Source: Eledone cirrhosa (lineage: Eukaryota). Taken from it: a DNA stretch of 64,000 bases. Shown piece by piece: positions 1 to 13,300 of the stretch; the stretch's first letter is position 1, and each line of letters begins with the position of its first letter. The stretch is taken from the NCBI GenBank assembly GCA_964016885.1, contig OZ024760.1, forward strand, positions 21,390,001 through 21,454,000, given 5' to 3'. The notes beneath the pieces were generated by a model. That model had not been told where the DNA came from and searched no databases. It was given only the letters and a program-made list of their open reading frames with translations. The translations under genes and the position numbers were made by a program.

Positions 1-422
1 ATTGGTCACTTTGAACCAATCCTCTGTGAAATGCACATAACAGGTCGATATGCAATAAATATTTTTCATATGTAAAGGAAACTTCGTCATTTTTTTTTTT
101 TTTATTATATACAATCTGCCTGAGCATAGAATGCTTGATTTGGTACCAACACCAGTAATTTACCATACTACCTACACTATATATATATATACACAGACAC
201 ACACACACACAAACACATACATAATACATAAAGGGTGTCTCAAAAAAATGTATACAAACTTTGATTGTACAAGCAATATTTATTGGAATGTTGTATAAGT
301 GTATACATTTTTGGGGGATGTCCTGTGTATCTGTTTATATATATATATATATAATAATAAAGTATGAATTCCTACATGTAAAAAATACATATAGGGGAAA
401 CAAGTATTATTGCTAGACCTTG

Positions 423-468
<46 letters not shown>

Positions 469-917
469 GCTTGGTATCAAAGTGAAAAGGTTTGGGAAGT
501 TCTGGTGTAAGGTGTGAATGGCTGTTACTTTAAACTGACAGACCCACTTCTAGCACAGGTATAATACCCGGCTCAGGGCCACTGAAGATAGGTCACAACT
601 ACTTGACTCTTATTTTAGACAGGACCCTATCCCCAACAGAAGAGGCTCAACAGTTGAAATGATTTCATCTTGCTCAGGTTTGAAAGATGAGAGGCAATAT
701 CTAGAGACCATTTCTTCATCTCCATTAACCCATGTATTTTTTTCTAATCATATTTCGCTAACTCCTTTTGTAATTCAGTTACATCCATTGACCGCTTCAT
801 TATACAATTAATATTTAATTAATTTTGTTTTCATTTTTTTTCCCTCACTTTTTATTTGTTGTTGTTTTTTATTGATTCTTTTTTTTTTTTTTTTTTTTTT
901 TTTTTTCTGTTTTCTAG

Positions 918-948
918 ACTCCTTCTCAAAAGAAAGGCTGGATATTCT
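918..948 (+). CDS. Probable 31-nt coding exon of an unidentified upstream gene (LLLKRKAGYS)
   Basis: Long poly-T tract plus TTCTAG acceptor (916-917) and GTGAGT donor at 949. Ends in phase 0 and joins in frame to 1904-1954. Confidence 0.5.
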
Positions 949-1903
949 GTGAGTATATTGCTGTGGTTCTCTTTCTCTCTTATATTTTAATACAACAGAC
1001 AAAGACATGGCTGTGTGGTTGAGAAATTATATTATATTTTAGTATGACAGACATGGCTGTGTGGTTGAGAAGGTCTCTGTCTCTCTGTTATATTTTAGTA
1101 TGACAGACTGAGACATGGCTGTGTTGTTGAGAAAGTTTTAATACAACAAACTGACATGGTTTAAGACGTCTTTCTGTGTTACATTTTAATACAAGACAGG
1201 CGTGACTATGTAATTGAGAAGTTGTCTTTAGAATCGCATCGTCCCCAGTTCAATCATACTGTGTGGCACCTTAGGCAGGCCAATACCTTGGTAGTTGGAA
1301 GCTGTGTGGAAGACTGTTGCATTTGCCTGTGTCTGTCTTTCCATTTACTGTTTATGTCTCATAACTTAACAGTTTGACAAAAACAAAGATCAATAAAATA
1401 AGTAGTGGGCATGGCCACAGTCTAATGACTGACACCAGTAAAAGAATGTTTAAATAGATGAACTTATGAACAGCCCAGACATTACTTTGTGGTTAAAACA
1501 TTCTACTTTAGAACTATGAGACTCCTAATGAAGTTGGTATCGCTCATGTGTGGTTATTCTACTGGTGCAGTTTGAGTTTTGAAGGGGACTTTATGCCTAG
1601 GAGTAAGGCAATACTTTGGCTCTGTGCAATCTAAGTTCAAATCTTGCTTCCTATCACCAGAAAAACAGTGACGCTTCTTGCCAGGAATTTACAACCAGTA
1701 GATAGTATCAACAATGAAAATATTGTTTCCTTCGTTTGATCCAATCTGATGATATACAGACTGTGTCAGCAATGGAAACATTGTTTCTTCTCTTTTTATT
1801 ATTATTATTCTTTTTTGTTAAACTTTTTAAATTTTAGAAATCAGCAGAAAATATTAATTCGTTTTCACTTTTCTTTTCTTTTCTTTCTCTCTCTTGTCTC
1901 TAG

Positions 1904-1954
1904 GGTAAACGAGAGTTTGGCTGTGATGCCATAGTCGGCCAGGGAACCAAGTAG
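1904..1954 (+). CDS. Probable last coding exon of the same unidentified gene (GKREFGCDAIVGQGTK*)
   Basis: About 40-nt polypyrimidine tract plus CTAG acceptor, 17 codons to TAG, AATAAA near 2434. Protein not recognised. Confidence 0.45.
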   Translation, partial: GKREFGCDAIVGQGTK

Positions 1955-2716
1955 AACTCTTAATAATCCGGCAGCATCTTCAATTAATTAGAGACCATTG
2001 ACACAGTAATTGATATAACTTTAGTGGTGACACCAATGAGTTTGAGGTGCCAAAGATGCACCAATGAGTTTGAGGAACCACATCAAAACCATGCAGCACT
2101 TGTCATCATCGCCGACTTCTACTGCTACTTCTGCTGCTGCATGTACATCTTTGTTAAAATGGGATGAGGGGGTGGGTGGACAAAAGTGATTCTATATTAT
2201 AGAATTAATGTTAAAAATTTAAAAAGATTTTTTTAAGCAAAACACAAAGCAACTACAAAACATTTTTTGGGAATTTAGAAAATATTTGAAATCTTGTCAT
2301 TAATTAATTAAAATAATTCCACAATTGTTTAGCAGCATACTTTGTGATTATATCTTCTCTCTTTTCACTTAGCTGCCTTACAGACCCTCCCCTTCCTTCC
2401 TTCCCTACTCCTTCATGTTTTAATTAGCGATAAAATAAATATTAATTAGATTTGCATGTTTAGTTAAACAGCATAACAATGTGAAATTTGGCTTCTGTAT
2501 AATGGTATTTGAAATAGACATATTTATATATGTGTTTACACACACATGTATATATATACCTGTGTAGTTCATTTCTCAACCACATGGTTTCAGATAAACG
2601 CCCACTGTGTGGCACTTTGGACAAGTGATTTTGGTGGATGAAAAACTTACATATACATATGTATACATGTATGTCTCTCTCGCACGCTCTCTCTCTCTCT
2701 GTATACACACACTCAG

Positions 2717-2799
<83 letters not shown>

Positions 2800-3309
2800 C
2801 ATGCATATGTATATATTCCTTTCATTTAAATTTGTAACTTACTAAAGGGAAAAAAGGGATGGGATTAGATTTCTTTTAAGGATACAGTTTTTTTAAAAGT
2901 GTATCTTCTTCGACCATTTTTAAAATTGTTACCATCCAAACCATAAATTCATACAATCTTGATTATCTAAATTAATATTAATTTAATATATATTTATATA
3001 TAGTGTCCAGTTATCCAGTTATCAAGTTGTAATTACTGGTATTTCTGATTTTCGCAGTCTGTACAATTACATGATTTCAATATTCAGTTGAGAAAATTGT
3101 AGGAATTTAAGCTTTCATCTCTTTGGTATCAACAAATGCTGCAGTGTTTTGATAAAACAAATGAGACAGTGAAATTTCAGTTTAACAGGTTTTTATTTGC
3201 ATACTTGCATATGTTTCACAGTTGAACGGCTCAAGACATCTGGTTAAGTAATGCTTAAACTGAAATTTAACACTCACATTTTCATTATATATGTATATAT
3301 ATGCATATG

Positions 3310-3341
<32 letters not shown>

Positions 3342-3526
3342 CATACACACACATACACATATATATGTACATATGTGTGTGTGTATATGCACATGTGTAT
3401 ATATATGTATATGTGTATATTTATATGCATGTATATGTGTATATTTATATGCATGTATATATATATATGTATATATCTAGCCTGACTCTGGAATCAAAAG
3501 CTCGTCAGGCTTCTGTTATAAATGTA

Positions 3527-3565
<39 letters not shown>

Positions 3566-3960
3566 TATGTATATATAATATATATATGTATGTATGTATA
3601 TAGAGAAATTTACAAAATTGTTATTTAACAACACCATAATCCAGATGAGTGGGAACCGTGGCAATAATTCGTACTTTGAGTAAAACACGACTGTAAGCAG
3701 CCTTTGATTCGGGTGGTTTTCTGCTAGCATGTGTAGTGTGCGTATTGATATTATATGCAAATATATATATATGTGTGTGTGTGTGTGTAGATATTTTATG
3801 TCAAATGAAATCGTTGTTGACAATATACACAGAAATTAAACGAAGACTGCATTACACTGTCTTCTGTAATCAGTAAAGTAATCCATGATATATTAAAAAA
3901 AAGATATTATATATAAACTGCATTACCGCAAAATGTTATATATATATATATATATATATA

Positions 3961-4495
3961 GATAAATCTACCAAAAGTTTACGGTAGTGTCCAATCCGTA
4001 TGAAGAACTCAATGTAATCCGGATATCATGAAAAGAAGAGATGCATTCAAAAATCACTTTCGGTGAAAGATAAACGGAAAACAGAGTCAAGATAAATTAT
4101 TAAAAAAATAATGAATAAACAAAGAAACAGTTCCTTATATTAAACAAAAAAAGTTCATTATTTTACGATCGTTTCTAGGACATATATGTGTTAGAATAGG
4201 TATGCATATTCAAAAGATCTATGTACAAAATTATACAAACTATCAGATAGAATAAAACATACCTTCACAAATATATGCTGTCTTCAGAAATAATGTTATA
4301 TATATATATATATTATTTGTGAAGGTATGTTTTATTCTATCTGATAGTTTGTATAATTTTGTACATAGATCTTTTGAATATGCATACCTATTCTAACACA
4401 TATATGTCCTAGAAACGATCGTAAAATAATGAACTTTTTTTGTTTAATATAAGGAACTGTTTCTTTGTTTATTCATTATTTTTTTAATAATTTAT
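3961..4495 (-). mobile_element. Penelope-like fold-back fragment in (TA)n with ~180-bp inverted arms (4092-4273 / 4314-4495)
   Basis: Arms read as exact reverse complements; (TA)n on both flanks and in the spacer; contains a hammerhead fold. Confidence 0.65.
4156..4295 (-). ncRNA. Type I hammerhead ribozyme-like motif with ~100-nt stem II
   Basis: Minus strand: CATTATTT-CTGAAGA-caGCATATAT...ATATATGTccta-GAAA-CGATCG-TA-AAATAATG. 8-bp stem I, palindromic stem III, GUA site; base of stem II unpaired. Confidence 0.65.
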
Positions 4496-5468
4496 ATATA
4501 TATATATATAAGCGATGTGTTATGATATAACAGATGCTAACCGGAAGTGTTGACATTTGAAAATTTTTAAGAAGTGAAACTGAAATAAGCAATATATAAA
4601 TATATAAGAATATTTATGTTTAATTAAGGGCTACGAAATTTAGTAGGTAAATTACATAAAATTCATTCATTATTTATTCAAAGTAATTCAACTTATTTTA
4701 CTAACAGAATAAAAAAAAATATAAAACGTACACTGTTCTGCACTTCTCTCTCTGTTATATTATAGATATATAATTGTTTCTACAAGGCCAGATATATAAT
4801 AAATAAGAGACTGTTTTATTTGTACATTTTCATTTTATTATCCAATTCGTAATGGAATTAAATAATAAAATGAAGATGTACGAATAAAACCGCCTCTCTT
4901 ATCTATTATACTAAAACTCTGGGTGATACCTTACAGAGAAAATCCTAAGGAATACAAACCGTGGGGTGCTTCACGTCTGTTTACAAAAAGACGGCAGATT
5001 TTTTATCAACCAACTTTCATCAACTGAATAATTATATATAAACCATGTATGACTGCTTCAGTTTTTTTGTTTTCTCTTCATCTTAACTTTTATTAACTGA
5101 TATTTTATAACCAATACAAGAGATTGATTATTATGTACCAAGTGATTGGTGATTGGTTAATATAGTTTACTGTGGTGCTAAATACTTTAATTAACAAGGC
5201 TATAATTACTACTGCTGCTGCTGCTGCTTTCTAGATAGGGTGTATAGGTAAATACAGGTATGATGTTCTACATTGCTTAACAATTGGCCTTCTGTTGTTT
5301 TTATTAATTAGCTCTCTCTTTCTCACCATAGCTGTTCAATTTTATTGCTGTTCCTTCTTCAGTAGTACTGTGTGTGTGTGTGTGTGTATATATATGTTTA
5401 TATACTTACAGATATATATGTATGTATATGTGTATATATATATATATAAACATACACAAAGGTCTTGT

Positions 5469-5696
5469 TTAACCCTTTAATGTTCAAACTGGCCAAAACC
5501 GGCCAGAATTCTCTACCTCTCTCTGTTCAAACTGGCTGTAACCAGTCACTCAAACTGATGTTAAGGTATTGTTCTGAAAATAAGTACTTTCAAAATCTCA
5601 TAGATTCGATATTATGTGAGATAATTATGCGAGGTAAAGCCTTTACCACGAAAATATAATAGTATATATAAAATAATGTGAATGCTAAAGGGTTAA
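5469..5696. mobile_element. piggyBac-like MITE
   Basis: TTAA-CCCTTTA...TAAAGGG-TTAA termini; similar copies at 8943-9165 and 36569-37126. Confidence 0.65.
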
Positions 5697-5768
5697 ACTA
5701 TGCCAGCATGGAAAAGTGAATGTAAAAAACAGTAACAACATACACACACACACATACAAATATATATA

Positions 5769-6230
5769 GTAATAATAATAAATGTGAAGACTAAAATCCG
5801 AAGAGGACTCGATAACGATAATATATATATAAAAAACCATAGAGCAAATATTTATTAAAATAACAGATTAAAGTTTAAGCAAAGAATAGCTGCTTTCACC
5901 CTTATCAATCTGTGGACGCAGAATTAAATATTTCGAAAAATCTTGCAACCGAAGGAAAACAGGAAGACGATACTTTGGTTTGTGAGGACGTTCCATGGCA
6001 ATGAATGGAAAATAACGATAATACGTTATGTGGAGTGATTAGAACAATTTCACACAAAGGCGTCCTCACGAACCAAAGTATCGTCTTCCTGTTTTCCTTT
6101 GGTTGCAACATTTTTCAAAATATTTACTTCTGTGTCCACAGATTGTTTTTTATTTTTAGTTTCAGAAGATCCCTTTAAGGGTGAAAGCAGCGATTCTTTG
6201 CTTAAACTTTAATCTGTTATTTTAATAAAT
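5769..6230. mobile_element. Penelope-like fold-back insertion (CAGAAGA-hammerhead family)
   Basis: Same sequence as 21700-22170 and 57468-57866; left part inverted relative to right part; TA-rich flanks. Confidence 0.6.
6158..6208 (+). ncRNA. Hammerhead-like motif, variant core CAGAAGA
   Basis: AGTTT-CAGAAGA-tCCCtttaaGGGt-GAAA-GCA...TGC-TT-AAACT; all three stems pair. Confidence 0.5.
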
Positions 6231-6489
6231 TTATATATATACACATACATGCATGTATGTATATATTTATTTTTTCATTTATTCCATCAGAAACTTAGTT
6301 CTTTTTAAAAATTATTTTTAATTTTGTTTATTTTATATAATTTTTCATATTTGCTAATAATAATAATAGTTGGGCACTTTTGCATTTTATCCACTAACCA
6401 ATTCAACTCCCAAACTATTCTCCACACTTCCCCTCCCCTTCCATTTTGATATATATATCTTATTTGGTTTTCATATATATATATATGTA

Positions 6490-6541
<52 letters not shown>

Positions 6542-7654
6542 TATAAAACTAACATATGCACTCTCATAATATGTATGTATGTATGTATAAGTATAGATGT
6601 ATGTGTGTGTCTGTGTGTATATATATTCAGAAGATCCCAATAAGGGTGAAAGCAACGATTCTTTGCTTAAACTTTAATCTGTTATTTTAATAAATATATA
6701 TATACACACACACACACATGCATACATATACATATTAACTAACTCCTGTTTCTAACACAACTCATTTCAGCTTTATTTTTTTTTTTATTGGAAATTTGCA
6801 CTTTTGTTTCCCCTAAATTTCAATTTACAAAAAACTTCAGTTATTTTTATAAGTGAAAATTTAAAATGCTTGGGGTTTTTTCAGTTAATTTTTAATTTTT
6901 AAATTTAGCAAATATAAGGGAAAAAATTGTAGGGTTAATTCTTTTAATTTTTTTTCCATAAAACTCATGATAGTACTTATATTAAAGCTAATTTCATTTT
7001 TTTATTTTTATTTTGCTTGCTTCAACACATTAAAACATGACAGCACATGTCAATTAGATCTTGATCACCTCTCAGGGCCATATTAACCTATAACTGGGCT
7101 CCTAGGCTTTTAAGTATTTTGGAGCCACCTTTTGGCACCAATTTTTCATTCACTTCACTACAACTGACAGAAAGGGGTATGCTAACCCTAGACTGGGCCC
7201 TTAGGGTTTTAAGTATTTGGGTCCCCCTCAGGCACTTCAATCTTTTACTTCACTACAGATGACAGCCAGGGCCATGTTAACCCTAGGCTGGGCCCTTAGG
7301 CGTTTAAGTATTTCGAGTTCCCTTTGTTGCTCCAACTGACAGTCAGAGCTGTATTAAACCATGCCTATAATCCCTATGCTTTTAAGTATTTGGGGGCACT
7401 TCAATTTTTCACCCCATTACAACAAAAACATATTGACAGGCCCCGTGGATATTATGGCCCTGTGATCACCTCTTTGGCTCATTCTTGCTATATTTCTTCT
7501 TCATCTCCCAGTGCTCACTTTGGTTTATTTTTTTGTTGTTTTATTTTTAAGTTTCATTATCCATTTAATATCATGCGACATTTATATCTTCTTGAATGCA
7601 TATTTTTCATCAATAAAATGCTTTGTATTAATTAAGTTTCATTATTATTTATTT

Positions 7655-7925
7655 ACTGAGTTCAAATCCTGCCATGGTTAGCTTTGCCTTTCATCCTGAC
7701 AAGATCGGTAAAATTAAAGTACACTGGAGTCAATTTAATCAACTTTCCGTTATCCCCCAAATTGTTGGCCTTGTGCCTAAATCAGAAACCACGTCCCTTT
7801 ACGATCTGAGTTCAAATCCCGCCGAGGTTGACTTTGCCTTTCATCCTTACGGGGTTGATAAAATAAAGTACCAGTAATGCACTGGGTAATTGCTGGCCTT
7901 GTGCCTAAATCAGAAACCATTATTA
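7655..7925 (+). mobile_element. tRNA-derived SINE family B, two tandem partial copies
   Basis: GAGTTCAAATCC B-box then ctttgcctttcatcc...aaataaagtaccagt and (ATT)n tail; many copies in the window. Confidence 0.75.
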
Positions 7926-8084
7926 TTTATTTATTTTTTTACCCTTTCATCACTCTGCTAATGATGACCTGCCCTACCCTTTCTAGCAGGGAGAATGGAT
8001 GTTAAATGATAATGATGAGGAGATAGACACATAGCATAGAGGACAAGTTTCTAAAGAATTATCTACTTGAAAAGGACCCCCTGC

Positions 8085-8320
8085 TTTTTTTTCACTGTTG
8101 GGTCAGGTCAAACAAAACTTTATGAAGTCCTCTACTTTTTTACTGTGTTGGGTTGGGGTAGGGGTCACATAAAGAAACTTTATGAAGTCCCCTGCTTTTT
8201 TTCAGTGTTGGGTTGGGGTTACATAAAGAAACTTTATGAAGTCCCCTGCGTTTTTTCAGTGTTGGGTTGGGCTGGGGGTCACATAAAGAAATTTTATGAA
8301 GTCCCCTGATTTTTTTCAGT
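8085..8320. repeat. ~60-bp tandem repeat, about 4 copies
   Basis: Repeated aaactttatgaagtcccct...gtgttgggttgggg. Confidence 0.8.
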
Positions 8321-8942
8321 TGATCTTTAATCAAGTTCCATTCTGACAATAATTGTTTGTAATAAAAGAAGAAAAAAAAACATTTATTTGCTTCCTGCAT
8401 TCTTTTTACACCAGTTTTTATATCCAGCAATGATGTTTATCAAGAATAAACCCCACAACTTAGACTGGCTCTTTTAGCATATCTCCCTCTCCCTCATTCT
8501 CTGGGGTGACACATTCACAATTCTATCCACTGGGACCCTAAGGAAGTGTTGTAGGGCCCTTTCAGCACATCTTCCTTGCTATTCTCTGGGAGTAACATAT
8601 TCACAATTCTGTCCCCTGGTGCCATGAGGAGGTTACGTTGGACTGGCTTATCTCCCACATTGTCTTCTGGGGTAACAAGTCAAATTCTATCTACTAGGAC
8701 CATGAAAAAGGTAGTGTTGTGGGGCCCTTTCAGTATATCGATCCTCTTGGGGTAATATATGCATTCACAATTCTAGGACGATGAGAAATCATCTGTTTTA
8801 CAAATGACATAAGAAGGTTGTGTTGGGCTGTCACAGCCACACAGACACTATTCTCTGGGGTTACATATACACAATTCTGACCACTGAACATGAGACAAAA
8901 CTGGTGTTTTACTGGAGGAGGACAACAATAATGTTTTATCGT

Positions 8943-9165
8943 TTAACCCTTTAGCATTTACATTACTCTATATATACTATTATATTTTCACTGTAAAGGC
9001 TTTACCTGACAATTATCTTCTCATGATATTGAATTAGATTTTGATACTATTTATTTTGAGAACAATACTTTAACATCAGTATGAGTGGCCGGTTACAGCA
9101 GGATTGAAAAGAAAGAGGTGAGAGAATTTTGGCCAGATACCACTGGTTTAAATGTTAAAGGGTAA
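8943..9165. mobile_element. piggyBac-like MITE, opposite orientation to 5469-5696
   Basis: TTAACCCTTTAGCATTTACATT matches the reverse complement of the 5469 copy end. Confidence 0.6.
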
Positions 9166-9829
9166 CAAAAATATCTCTTATTTAGGATGGGACTTTCATG
9201 ACTACATTTCTAATGAAAAGATTCTGTGTCGAACACCATGCTTTGCAGCATAGTTATGGCCCTTTACGTTCTGAGTTCAAATCCCGCAGAGGTTAACTTT
9301 GCCTTTCATCCTTACGGGGTTAAAATAAAGTACCAGTAATGCACGGGTCGATTTGATCAACTTTTCCCTCTCCCCAAATTGTAGGCCGTGTGTCCATGGT
9401 AGTAATCATGAAAGAATTTTGATGGATTTACTTAAATTATTATTTTATTCCTGAGATAGTAACTTAATGTAAGGTTCTTATATAAAATTATGTTGGAAGA
9501 TTTCTACTATTTAAAGAGGAAACCTTTAAAATAGGTGGTTTTATTTCATAGAACCAGAACTGGTTTTGGCCGGGTTGATAACAAAAGGGTTAAATATATT
9601 CTGACACCTTTACCACAATCACTGATACATAACATACATGTCATGGAGGAAAACCTGCCAGACAGTCCCATACGAGTGAGACGACCAATCTTGCCTCAAG
9701 TGGGACAATTCCTGTCTAAACCCATGCTAGCGTGGAAGATAGACGTTAAATGATGATGATGATGTAACTTCTAAAATTTTTAGTAGGACTGTCTTTTCTT
9801 TACTTTAAAAAAAATTTTTTTTTTTTATA

Positions 9830-10305
9830 GAGCCGCTACTTCTCTGAATTCAGAGATCACAGCTCCGATATTACAGACACGTGGTTAGAATGTCTCAGGA
9901 AAGAATTGCTGAACAGATTTGTAGCTTGGAGATCAAGGAACCGCTACTTCTCAGAATTAAGGGGTTACAGCACCAATATTACAGACATGTGGTTAGAATG
10001 TCTCAGGAAAGAATTGCTGAACAGATTTGTAGCTTGGAGATCAAGGAACCTCTACTTCTCAGAATTAAGGGGTTACAGCACCAATATTACGGACAAGTGG
10101 CTAGAATGTCTCAGGAAAGAATTGCTGAACAGATTTGTAGCTTGGAGATCAAGGAACCGCTACTTCTCAGAATTAAGGGGTTACAGCACCAATATTACAG
10201 ACAAGTGGCTAGAATGTCTCAGGAAAGAATCGTTGGGACAGATTTGTGTGCAAAACCAACCGGCAAGAGACCCAAGGATGGATCCTGAGCAAGCTGCTTG
10301 GATAA
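9830..10305 (+). mobile_element. RTE-type LINE 3' remnant with internal 117-bp triplication
   Basis: (IKEPLLLRIKGLQHQYYxxVxRMSQERI)x3 then PTGKRPK, resembling the RTE C-terminal WxGHVxRM...GKRPRGRP motif. Confidence 0.65.
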
Positions 10306-10379
10306 TAACCATGTCAGTTTCAATGTCCCAGTCCCCTTCTACACTGGAAAATTCAATATCATTGTGTTACCCTGTCATC

Positions 10380-13300
10380 TTACTCCCACAAGTACAGCTG
10401 ACTCCCACAGGAACAGCTCACTTCCCACAAGTACAGCTGACTCCCACAGGAACAGCTCACTTTCCACAAGTACAGCTGACTCTCATAGGAACAGCTCACT
10501 TCCCACAAGTACAGCTGACTCCCATAGGAACAGCTCACTTTCCACAAGTACAGCTGACTCTCATAGGAACAGCTCACTTCCCACAAGTACAGCTGACTCC
10601 CATAGGAACAGCTCACTTTCCACAAGTACAGCTGACTCTCATAGGAACAGCTCACTTCCCACAAGTACAGCTGACTCCCATAGGAACAGCTCACTTCCCA
10701 CAAGTACAGCTGACTCTCACAGGAACAGCTCACTTCCCACAAGTACAGCTGACTCCCACAAGAACAGCTCACTCCTACAAGTACAGCTGACTCACAGGAA
10801 CAGCTCACTTCCCACAAGTACAATTGACTTCCACAGGAACAGCTCACTTCCCACAAGTGCAGCTGACTCTCACAGGAACAGCTCACTTCCCACAAGTACA
10901 ATTGACTTCCACAGGAACAGCTCACTTTCCACAAGTACAGCTGACTCTCATAGGAACAGCTCACTTCCCACAAGTACAGCTGACTCCCATAAGAACAGCT
11001 CACTCCTACAAGTACAGCTGACTCTCACAGGAACAGCTCACTTTCCACAAGTACAGCTGACTCCCATAGGAACAGCTCACTTCCCACAAGTGCAGCTGAC
11101 TCCCACAAGAACAGCTCACTCCTACAACTACAGCTGACTCCCATAGGAACAGCTCACTTTCCACAAGTACAGCTGACTCCCATAGGAACAGCTCACTTTC
11201 CACAACTACAGCTGACTCCCATAGGAACAGCTCACTTTCCACAACTACAGCTGACTCCCATAGGAACAGCTCACTTTCCACAAGTACAGCTGACTCCCAT
11301 AGGAACAGCTCACTTTCCACAAGTACAGCTGACTCTCAGGAACAGCTCACTTTCCACAAGTACAATTGACTTCCACAGGAACAGCTCACTTCCCACAAGT
11401 ACAGCTGACTCCCACAAGAACAGCTCATTCCTGCAAGTACAGCCGACTCATAGGAACAGCTCACTTCCCACAAGTACAGCTGACTCCCACAAGAACAGCT
11501 CACTCCTGCAAGTACAGCCGACTCATAGGAACAGCTCACTTCCCACAAGTACAGCTGACTCTCAGGAACAGCTCACTTTCCACAAGGACAATTGACTTCC
11601 ACAGGAACAGCTCACTTCCCACAAGTGCAGCTGACTTCCACAAGAACAGCTCACTTCCCACAAGTACAGCTGACTCTCAGGAACAGCTCACTTTCCACAA
11701 GTACAGCTGACTCTCAGGAACAGCTCACTTTCCACAAGTACAATTGACTTCCACAGGAACAGCTCACTTCCCACAAGTGCAGCTGACTCCCACAAGAACA
11801 GCTCACTCCTACAAGTACAGCTGACTCCCACAAGAACAGCTCACTCCCACAAGTACAGCTGACTCCCACAAGTACAGCTCACTCCTACAAGTACAGCTGA
11901 CTCCCACAAGAACAGCTCAATCCTGCAAGTACAGCTGACTCCCACAAGAACAGCTCACTCCTACAAGTACAGCTGACTCCCACAAGAACAGCTCACTTCC
12001 CACAAGTGCAGCTGACTCCCACAAGAACAGCTCACTCCTACAAGTACAGCTGACTCCCACAAGAACAGCTCAATCCTGCAAGTACAGCTGACTCCCACAA
12101 GAACAGCTCACTCCCACAAGTACAGCTGACTCCCACAAGTACAGCTCACTCCTACAAGTACAGCTGACTCCCACAAGAACAGCTCAATCCTGCAAGTACA
12201 GCTGACTCCCACAAGAACAGCTCACTCCTACAAGTACAGCTGACTCCCACAAGAACAGCTCAATCCTGCAAGTACAGCTGACTCCCACAAGAACAGCTCA
12301 CTTCCCACAAGTACAGCTGACTCCCACAAGTACAGCTCACTCCTACAAGTACAGCTGACTCCCACAAGAACAGCTCAATCCTGCAAGTACAGCTGACTCC
12401 CACAAGAACAGCTCACTCCCACAAGTACAGCTGACTCCCACAAGTACAGCTCACTCCTACAAGTACAGCTGACTCCCACAAGAACAGCTCAATCCTGCAA
12501 GTACAGCTGACTCCCACAAGAACAGCTCACTCCTACAAGTACAGCTGACTCCCACAAGAACAGCTCACTTCCCACAAGTGCAGCTGACTCCCACAAGAAC
12601 AGCTCACTCCTACAACTACAGCTGACTCCCATAGGAACAGCTCACTTTCCACAAGTACAGCTGACTCCCATAGGAACAGCTCACTTTCCACAACTACAGC
12701 TGACTCCCATAGGAACAGCTCACTTTCCACAACTACAGCTGACTCCCATAGGAACAGCTCACTTTCCACAAGTACAGCTGACTCCCATAGGAACAGCTCA
12801 CTTTCCACAAGTACAGCTGACTCTCAGGAACAGCTCACTTTCCACAAGTACAATTGACTTCCACAGGAACAGCTCACTTCCCACAAGTACAGCTGACTCC
12901 CACAAGAACAGCTCATTCCTGCAAGTACAGCCGACTCATAGGAACAGCTCACTTCCCACAAGTACAGCTGACTCCCACAAGAACAGCTCACTCCTGCAAG
13001 TACAGCCGACTCATAGGAACAGCTCACTTCCCACAAGTACAATTGACTTCCACAGGAACAGCTCACTTCCCACAAGTGCAGCTGACTTCCACAAGAACAG
13101 CTCACTTCCCACAAGTACAGCTGACTCTCAGGAACAGCTCACTTTCCACAAGTACAGCTGACTCTCAGGAACAGCTCACTTTCCACAAGTACAATTGACT
13201 TCCACAGGAACAGCTCACTTCCCACAAGTGCAGCTGACTCCCACAAGAACAGCTCAATCCTACAAGTACAGCTGACTCCCACAAGAACAGCTCACTCCTG

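Noticed and set aside
3195-3520. Hammerhead halves (CTGACGAG near 3505 and GAAACATATG near 3210, minus strand)
   Set aside because: Truncated or degenerate, and not mutually compatible.
10298-13198. Long ORFs in the 4-kb minisatellite
   Set aside because: Open in several frames on both strands with frequent frameshifts; these are repeat translations.
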